Source of the DNA: the human T2T-CHM13v2.0 reference genome, Homo sapiens
Direction: 5' to 3' (one strand)
Assembly (NCBI RefSeq): GCF_009914755.1
Contig: NC_060947.1
DNA: 64,000 nt
Part shown: positions 56,278 to 64,000 of the stretch, piece after piece
Numbering within the stretch: the stretch's first letter is position 1
Layout: every line of letters starts with the position of its first letter
Program-made: the position numbers and the translations under genes
The notes under the pieces: model-generated
Told to the model about the DNA's origin: nothing
The model's database searches: none
Seen by the model: only the letters and a program-made list of their open reading frames with translations

Positions 56278-57416
56278 AAAAGAACATCTGGGAATGGAAT
56301 ATATTTGCTTTTAATATATATCTACAAAAGTAAGCAATGATCTCTGGTAAAGTCATGAGGCACGGTATCCTTACTGGCTGGGATAAGAGCATGCATCAGA
56401 AAACACCAACATCCAAAACATCCAAGCTCAAAACACTAATTTATAGCCATCTAGATGCTTTTATATTCAGAATTATTATAGAAAGAAAGCCTAACTGAAA
56501 TCAGGTGTTCTACATGCTTTTCATTCACCAGTGAAATTAGTCCAAATAGTGTGAGACTGAAACCAGGGATATCAGCTTTCATCATCCTGGGAAAGCTCGT
56601 GCTGCTTCATTTCCTTCCACTTCTTGCTTTCCAGTCAGGTCTCTGGTTAGCAGTCCATGCAGCCCATAATTATGACCAGGGGTACTAAGCATGACTTTTT
56701 CACTTTCAATAGGCCTGCACTTTACAGCAAGTAGTTCTGAGATTATTATCCAAAAATATCTAATAACCTTATACTTGGACCAATGGGCTTGTGGAATAAT
56801 TTGGGTTCAGATAAAACTACTTCTTCTATCTAACCATATGTCAGAATACATAGCCCACCAAAATCTTTCTAACTCTCTGAATCCCCATGGAGAGTAACAC
56901 ATAGTTTAGCACTTAATCTTTCTCTAATTATTTCCTACATGCTAATTTTATCTCCACAACTGAAAAGTAAATTCCCTGTGTGCAGTAACATGCCCTAATC
57001 TTTATGAGGCAGTACCATAAACAGTGTTGAGCATATTTGATGCCTGTTTAATAAATAGTTGTTTATGATTATCCGATATTAAGACTTAGACTCCTGATTG
57101 GGAGCTGCTTTCAGTTAACATAATACAGAAATGAAACCTCATGTCTTTTAGGAAACATTTCTAGATTCCTCTCCAGCCTCCTCTGAATTACTTTAACGCT
57201 TGATTTGAATGACTAAAACTGGAACATCTTTAGAAGGAAACTAGAGTTGTAAATCCCTGGGAATGACTTAGGGTAAATAAACAAAGACATAACTCAGGTC
57301 CAGAGGCCAAAAACTCAGAGTTCATGTTTTCAAATATTGGCCAGTCTGTCTTTCATACAGCTGTGTCAGCTAATTGCCCAATAGCAACCTTTTTGTTTGA
57401 CCATAGCAATCTGTTC

Positions 57417-57420
<4 letters not shown>

Positions 57421-57455
<35 letters not shown>
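57421..57455. repeat. (CT)17 microsatellite
   Basis: Seen directly. Confidence 0.95.
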
Positions 57456-57460
<5 letters not shown>

Positions 57461-57499
57461 TTACTGATGACTGTAAGTATCTTTAGGTATATTTATCTT

Positions 57500-57652
57500 T
57501 TCTCTGAGTCTGCAGGGTCCCTTATGATACTCAGTAACTGTGCTCTCTTCTCCATTGCATTCTTATTGCTGAGTATAATGCCCAGCACTTAGTAGGTGTT
57601 TAATATATACGTTGGAAGAATGAATAATTGGATGGATGAATGGATGGATGAG
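57500..57652 (+). mobile_element. L2 3'-end fragment with (TGGA)n tail
   Basis: 'tgcccagcacttagtaggtgtttaatatatacgttggaagaatgaat'. Confidence 0.6.
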
Positions 57653-58769
57653 AGATGAAAATACTGCCTAATGAAAGAAGGTATCCCATCTTATTAAAAT
57701 AAGTAGCCCTCCTTCCTTGGATTGTCTGGTGTTCTAAAGCGTTTTTTAAAAGACATATATGAGATTAAACCTAATCTAGGCTCTCTCCCTGTGCGAACAC
57801 AATAATTGAAACACATGACTTTAGAGAACAAAATGTGACTTGACTAGCTGTCTGAATCATTTCAGGGTGGCATTTAATATCTTTTTAAACAAAAGACATA
57901 TATATATATATAACTCAACAGTCATTTAACTTTCTCTGTTTCTCAATTCTCTTATCTCTAAAATGATGATAATATTTGCTTCTTTGTACCTGTTTCGTAG
58001 TTGAATTAAAATTTTGACCCCTGCCATATGATTCTGCAGCCCTTCCACATCTTTCTGCAGATACTGACATAAGGTAGAGAGGTCAGGGAAAGGACCATTG
58101 TAGTGACCTAGTGAGGTGTCAGCAATGGGACGATAAGGAGTAGACAATGTAAGAAATTCATGCCAGAGTGTGGGGGTGGGAATCTATAGAACTTAATGCA
58201 GATCTCAAAGGAAACAGAAGAGTCCAAATGATTAACATTGGGTTTCAAAATCCACACCAAAAAAAGATTTTAAAAGTTGATTCTTTGTTCACATGTCTCA
58301 TATATGCTTATACAATAGCAGCATTCAAAAGTATTTTGAGTCTTATAGTTACATAGATATTTTTACCTAAATTTCTCCTGTAGCAAGGGTTCAGGGACTT
58401 TGTTAATTTTATACTTTTTAGCTTGTCACCCAGCCCTTTGTTTCCTCTCTCTGGATGTGCAGAAAGATTTTAAAATCTATCCCTGCCAAACAATTCTCTT
58501 TCGTGGGAATTTGGTTTAAACCAGTTCTGTTGCTATGGTACCTAGTTTTCAGTTAATGGAAAAATACAAAACCAAAATAATACTGAATTTGCAGTATATA
58601 TGTCCCCACTCATTGCATATCGACTTATTCATGTTGATTGGATTCGTAAACGATCAAAAGTTGCTCAGTGCTATAAAAAAAGTATCTAACCTACTTAGAA
58701 TTCACATACTGACACTTACACCTTTCAAGTGTTGTGTGTATCTGTGTGCATATAAATGGTAGAAGAGAT

Positions 58770-59005
58770 GGCATGGAGCAGTAAGAGTTTTTGGAGGTGA
58801 AGAAACCTGACATTGAATTTCAGCTTAGCCAGCTAAAAGCTAATTGACTTTGGACAATCACTTATTGCTCTGGACCTTTTTTCCAATCTACAGAGTGGGT
58901 ATTCGTAATATAACTACTTTTCAGGAATGTTATTAAAATTAAAGCAATATGTTTTAATTGCCTAGAACAATGCCTGGTACTTAGCAGGTTTGCAGAAGCC
59001 TACTA
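58770..59005 (+). mobile_element. MIR
   Basis: 'gactttggacaatcactt...cctagaacaatgcctggtacttagcagg'. Confidence 0.65.
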
Positions 59006-59027
59006 GTGTTTTCAAATGTGGAGATGA

Positions 59028-59059
<32 letters not shown>

Positions 59060-59071
59060 TGTGTTTGTGTG
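59028..59071. repeat. Interrupted (TG)n microsatellite
   Basis: Seen directly. Confidence 0.92.
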
Positions 59072-59077
59072 CATTTG

Positions 59078-59480
59078 TGTTATAGGGTGAATTGTAACCC
59101 CTTAAGACTCAAATATTGAAGCCCTACCCCCAGTACCTCAGAATGTGACTGTATTTGGAGAGATTGCTTTTAAAGAGGTAATTACGTTAAAAATGAGGTC
59201 CTTAGGTTAGGCTCTAATTCAGTCTGACTGTCATCCTTATAAGAAGATGAAATTAGGATACTTGGAGGAAGCACCAGGAGGAGGCATGCACCCAGGAGAG
59301 ACCATATAAAGACACAACAGAAAGGGGACCATCTGCAAGTCAAGGAGAGAGGCCTTAGAGGAAACCAAACTTGCTGGCACCTTGATATTGGACTCCTAGC
59401 CTCCAGAACTATGAGAAATTTCCATTGCTTAAGCCACTCAGTCTGTTGTACTTTGTTACTGCAGCCCTGGAAAACTAATC
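59078..59480 (+). mobile_element. MaLR solo LTR (MLT1A/B-like)
   Basis: 'cccagtacctcagaatgtgactgtatttggaga...ggcaccttgat...cctccagaactatgaga...gcagccctggaaaactaat'. Confidence 0.88.

Positions 59481-59532
<52 letters not shown>
59481..59532. repeat. Perfect (CTAT)13 tetranucleotide STR
   Basis: 13 uninterrupted units counted. Confidence 0.97.
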
Positions 59533-59634
59533 TGGACAACAAATGTTCGTAAAATAGAAGTGAAAATAACATGCTAGTTTTCCTGAGTCTTTTTCTCTTC
59601 ATTTACTGCCTCCAGTGTATAGTTTGTTATTATT

Positions 59635-60140
59635 TACTTTTTACTAATACCTTACATGGTATAAAGAAACACAAGTCTTAAATGTATATCCCAATGAATT
59701 TTTGCATATGTGCACATCCATGCATCCACTACCCAAATCAAGACTTAGAGCATTCCTTGTTCCCTAGCAGCCTCTCTCATGCTCCTCCAGGTAAAGAGCC
59801 ATTCCTCTTCCCCACAGTAAATACTTGTGACTTCTTGTGTTTTATATATTTTGAACTTCATATAAATGAGTCATACATCACTCTTTTGATTCTGGCTTCT
59901 TTCACATAGCGTCATGTATGTGAAATCCATTCATTTTGCTCTGCGTTAAATGTTCACTTTATTCATTGCTGAGAGCAGTATTCCATTGTATGTACATCCT
60001 CCAATTTATTTATTCATTTTGGTGTCGAGCATTTTTGTAGTTTCCATTATTTATAATTATGAATAAAGTTGCTATGAACATTCTTGTAACTATTTTTGGT
60101 GGACAAAACCACTCTTTTCTCTTGGGTAAGAAGTACATGG
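59635..60140 (-). mobile_element. L1ME-type 3' fragment
   Basis: 'ttgaacttcatataaatg...tattccattgtatg...ataaagttgctatgaacattcttgt'. Confidence 0.75.
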
Positions 60141-60239
60141 GAATTCTATAAAATGTTTCTATCTTAATGTTACTTACAGGATAAAGTCTATTTTTCTCCC
60201 TTCTGAGTATTGCTTTTTAATCTCCCTACTAGAAATTCT

Positions 60240-60456
60240 CAGTGCTTCTTAACCCGGGGCAGGCATTTTTGCTCCCCAGGGGATATTTGGCAATGTCTGG
60301 AGACACTTTTGGTTGTGACATCTTCGGGGAGGATGCTACTGGTAGTGGGTAAAGGCCAGGATTGCAGCAATATCCTCCAATGTGCAGGACAGCCACCACC
60401 AACAAAGTCAATTATCTGGCCCCAAATGTCAATAGTGCTGCTGTTGAGAAACCCTG
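60240..60456. mobile_element. MER20 (hAT-Charlie)
   Basis: 'cagtgcttcttaacc...ccccaggggatatttggcaatgtctggagacacttttggttgtg...aaatgtcaatagtgctgctgttgagaaaccctg'. Confidence 0.9.
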
Positions 60457-63380
60457 TATCTAGACCAATAGAATTTAATTTTGTATTTTTACTGAGTAGG
60501 TATTCATTGCTTGACCAACCCACATATTCTTTCTGATACATCTTTTTTAGAACCCTTAGGAAGAAAGAGTAATGGCAGCAGCATTTTCCACCCTTTTCTA
60601 TTGGGGTTATTAATTCTCAAAAACTATACAGCCTGACTTTAGTGAGTTCAAGGCATCAGAGCTTGTCTTTATCAATAAATATTTCCAGAAAAGGGAAATA
60701 GCATGTGTCCTTTTTAAGATGGTGATGTTGCATTCTGCGAAGAAATATATATATAAATATGACATAAAAATATACATACATATATTGCAAATGCCATTTC
60801 TTTGCCTCTATTTAGAACCAGCTAAGATAGCCAGGCACATGGATACTTGTTCTATTTCAAAATGTCTACAGAAGATTCTTGAAATTCTTCCTGTCATTTT
60901 TCCCAGTCTCTAAAAACTGTGATCAATCCATTCCCCTGACCGCATGTCATCCATTGTTTTCTCAGGCAACCTCTTCTCACCTTCAGAGTAACTGAAGGTA
61001 TATTATATTCACTTTAGTTATCAGAAGTACCTAAAAGAAAAAAATGATCAAGTTATTTCCATTTCCATGAGCCTGAGCCTTCTCCTCTCCCATATTCCTG
61101 CCAGTTCTTGCTTTTGAAAACTGAGCTTAAGGGCAATATTGTAACTTGCACTTTTTGCTGATTTTATATCATTCATCTAGCTATAGGTCTGACAGAGGTG
61201 ATTACTTAGCTCTCCAAATAGGCAATGATGTGATTGCCTTCATTTATTTCAGTGACATTGAAATGGAGGAATGATATTTGTTGGCTTTGGGCTTTAAAGA
61301 CATGTGGTCTGCTATATTTTTGGCTGACAGCTGGAACTAGTAGTGCCTGACACTAGAAAACCAAAAAAGTCAGCATTTGCCCTTTTCATTTTGAAAATTG
61401 AAAATCACAGGTAATTAATCATATTAAATGTGAATGTAACCCATTTCATTGCTATAAAATCACCTCTTCAATTAAAATTTTTTTATAAATAATTATATTT
61501 GTGCAGCTTTTAGCATACTAACTTTTTCGTGAGTTGTTTTGTAACTTACATATTAATATGTTTTAACTCTGCTTCCTTAACTGCATTACTCATTGTTATT
61601 GATATTTGATGTCTAAGGTCCGTGATGCCCAAAGTCTTACTATGTTTGGGAGAGTCTTATAAAATGAAGGACTGTCTATATTAAAATAACAATGAGAACC
61701 TCATTGATGATAAGTGATGTAAAAAGAGAGAATAACTAATTTTTCAAAATGATTCTCAAAGAAAAAGGTACTTTCTATGATTATAGAATCATGGAAAAAT
61801 GCTGGAAAAGCTTAGTTCTACACTTAAGCTCTTGGGAAATATTTTATTTAAGCTGATAACCAATATTATAGAGAAATGACAATTTTGGCCTATTTTAAAA
61901 ATACTTTCATCTTCGGTAGCATTATCTAAACTCTAAATCTATAATATGTCATTGGAAAGAAAAGGGTTCCGTGCTTTCTTAAAGACAATTTGCATTTTAG
62001 TAAAGAGCACTATATCAATCAGTTCACTAAATAAGGTTCCAAATATGAAGAAAAGCAAGCATAACGTGAAGCCATAACAGTCATTGTTTTTAATTGTGAT
62101 CAATAATCTGTGTCGAGAACAAGTTTTTGTTAATTCTAGAAAAAAGATATGACAGACAAGTTGTCCTTAAACATAAGAGAAACAAGATCGATTTCATATT
62201 CACTGTCACTGTGGGTGACATTCTTCTGAATAAGATTTCAAAATAAATGCTGCAAAATTTCAGGATAAAAAATAGAACATTAGCATTAATCATATTCATG
62301 CTCACTTCTCTATTTTCTCCACCTTTGCCTTCTACAGTCTTCAGCTATACAGGTGATACGCTTGTTCCATTTCAAGTCAAATGACACCATTAGTTAATTA
62401 GTGTTGCAAGTCTGGCAAATGAGATCTGAAACGAAACACCTGTCCTTTGACCCTAACTTGTTCCTTGCTTATGCAAATGAAGAGAGCAGTTTAAGCATTT
62501 TAAATGTTTTATTTCTCGTATTATGCTGCAGGTTTTATGCTGACAAGGAACACTTAATGTGTGTGAAACTAGTTCTGATCATCTGGTTTCAGCTTTTTAT
62601 TTATTGAATGGATTTTCAGTGCTGTCATTTTCTTTTTACCTGAAGATCACATAAAGGTTGCACAGGTTTACGTTTGCGCATAAGGACCAGTTTGGTTTTA
62701 AGTTTAGCTGTTTGAGTAACTTCATGAAATAAATTAGAAATATATCTGTTAAATTTACCCATATGTTAAAATAGCTTTTCGGTTTATGCATTATGACTAT
62801 TGCAATATGCCACACTAATATATGAACATTTCTATAACTAATATATGTTTTTAAAATAGAAAATTAAACGTGAAAGGTTTTTTATGAAATATATTTATCA
62901 GCATGAATCTTTACTCACTGAGCACCATTTAATAAGCATACTGATTGTAATGATTGCATTTTCTCCACTAAAGTTCTCAATAACAACCCTTGGATATAAA
63001 AATAAATTCACTTTCGTTATTTTAAAGCAAGTCAACAAAATAAAATTATTTTGGATAAATTGTATAACTGAATTTTCATAATGATTTATCTCAGTAAGAA
63101 TAGAAAATATTATTACTGTGCAGATAAGGTGACAATGGAAATCCAATGAGAAATAAAGGCTATGAACATTGAATGCAATATTGTTATCTGTTTGCCTTGA
63201 TTCATCAAGGGGTTTCCAAAATGTTTTTACAAAGTTCTTATTTTCAATAAATCACATCATAAATAAAACCTCATTAACATGAATAGAGGGTTATTGCCTT
63301 GAAAACTGTCTATTGGAATTCTTGGCAGGAAAGTGAGACTAGTAGTTATTTATTTATGTATAGGTTTTTCTTTGCATATA

Positions 63381-63907
63381 CAGTAGTCTCTCCTGGTCCC
63401 TGGTTTCTCTTTCTGTGGTTTCAGTTACCTGAAGTCAACTATAATCTGAAATATTAAGTGGAAAATTACAGAAATGATTTCTAAAATGTAAATTGCACAT
63501 CATTGTGAGTAGCATGATAAAATCTTGCATTGTCCTGCTTGTCCTACCCGGGACATAAATCATCTCTCTGTCTAGTCACCATATTCAAGCTGTACATGCT
63601 ACCCACTCTTTCATCATTTAGTAGCCTTCATGGTATCACAGTGCTTTTGTTCAAATGACCCTTTTTTTACTTCATAATGGCCTCAAAGCACAAGTACAGT
63701 GATGCCGGCATACTGTTGTAATTGATCTATTTTATTATTAGTTATTGTTGTTAATATCTTACTGTGCCTGATTTATAAATTTGATTTTATCATATGTACA
63801 TATGTATAGGAAAAACATAGTATATATAGGCTTCAATACTGTCTGCAGTTTCAGGCATTGACTGGGGGTCTTGGAACATATATCCTGTGAATACGGAGGG
63901 ACTACTG
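63381..63907. mobile_element. MER44-type (Tigger7-derived) TcMar DNA transposon
   Basis: TIRs CAGTAGTCTCTCC / GGAGGGACTACTG (1 mismatch); TA on the left flank and TG on the right (likely mutated TA TSD). Confidence 0.88.
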
Positions 63908-64000
63908 TGTTTTATGGAAAAATGGAAATTATTTTTATTAGAAAAGTTTTAACAAAAGGAGAGCAGAGCAAATATTTCCTGTAACAGTGGGAAACTTGTT

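Noticed and set aside
57926-58147. 73-aa minus-strand ORF with protein-like composition
   Set aside because: Non-ATG start, no recognisable family, and it overlaps sequence resembling degraded L2.

Overview
AT-rich, CpG-depleted primate (human-like) nuclear DNA from an intron or intergenic region. I recognise no protein-coding exon, RNA gene, CpG island or prokaryotic-type system. The ORFs in the track come from Alu, L1 or simple repeats, or are chance ORFs. Roughly half the window is interspersed repeat: about 15 Alu insertions (J, S and one AluY), an apparently full-length ancient L1MA-type element (~13.9-21.3 kb, minus strand), several truncated L1s, MaLR/ERVL/ERV1 solo LTRs, MER5/MER20/MER44 DNA-transposon fossils, L2 and MIR fragments, microsatellites and a 7 x 24-bp minisatellite derived from an L1 3' end. 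Family names were assigned from memory of consensus sequences and need a RepeatMasker/Dfam check. I found no convincing novel biological system. The best leads are several short template-switch/palindrome scars, a ~400-bp polypyrimidine tract grown from an Alu tail, the minisatellite, and a few motif-dense unique segments that could be enhancers (notably MEF2/GATA/NKX2/T-box/E-box at ~5.4 kb).
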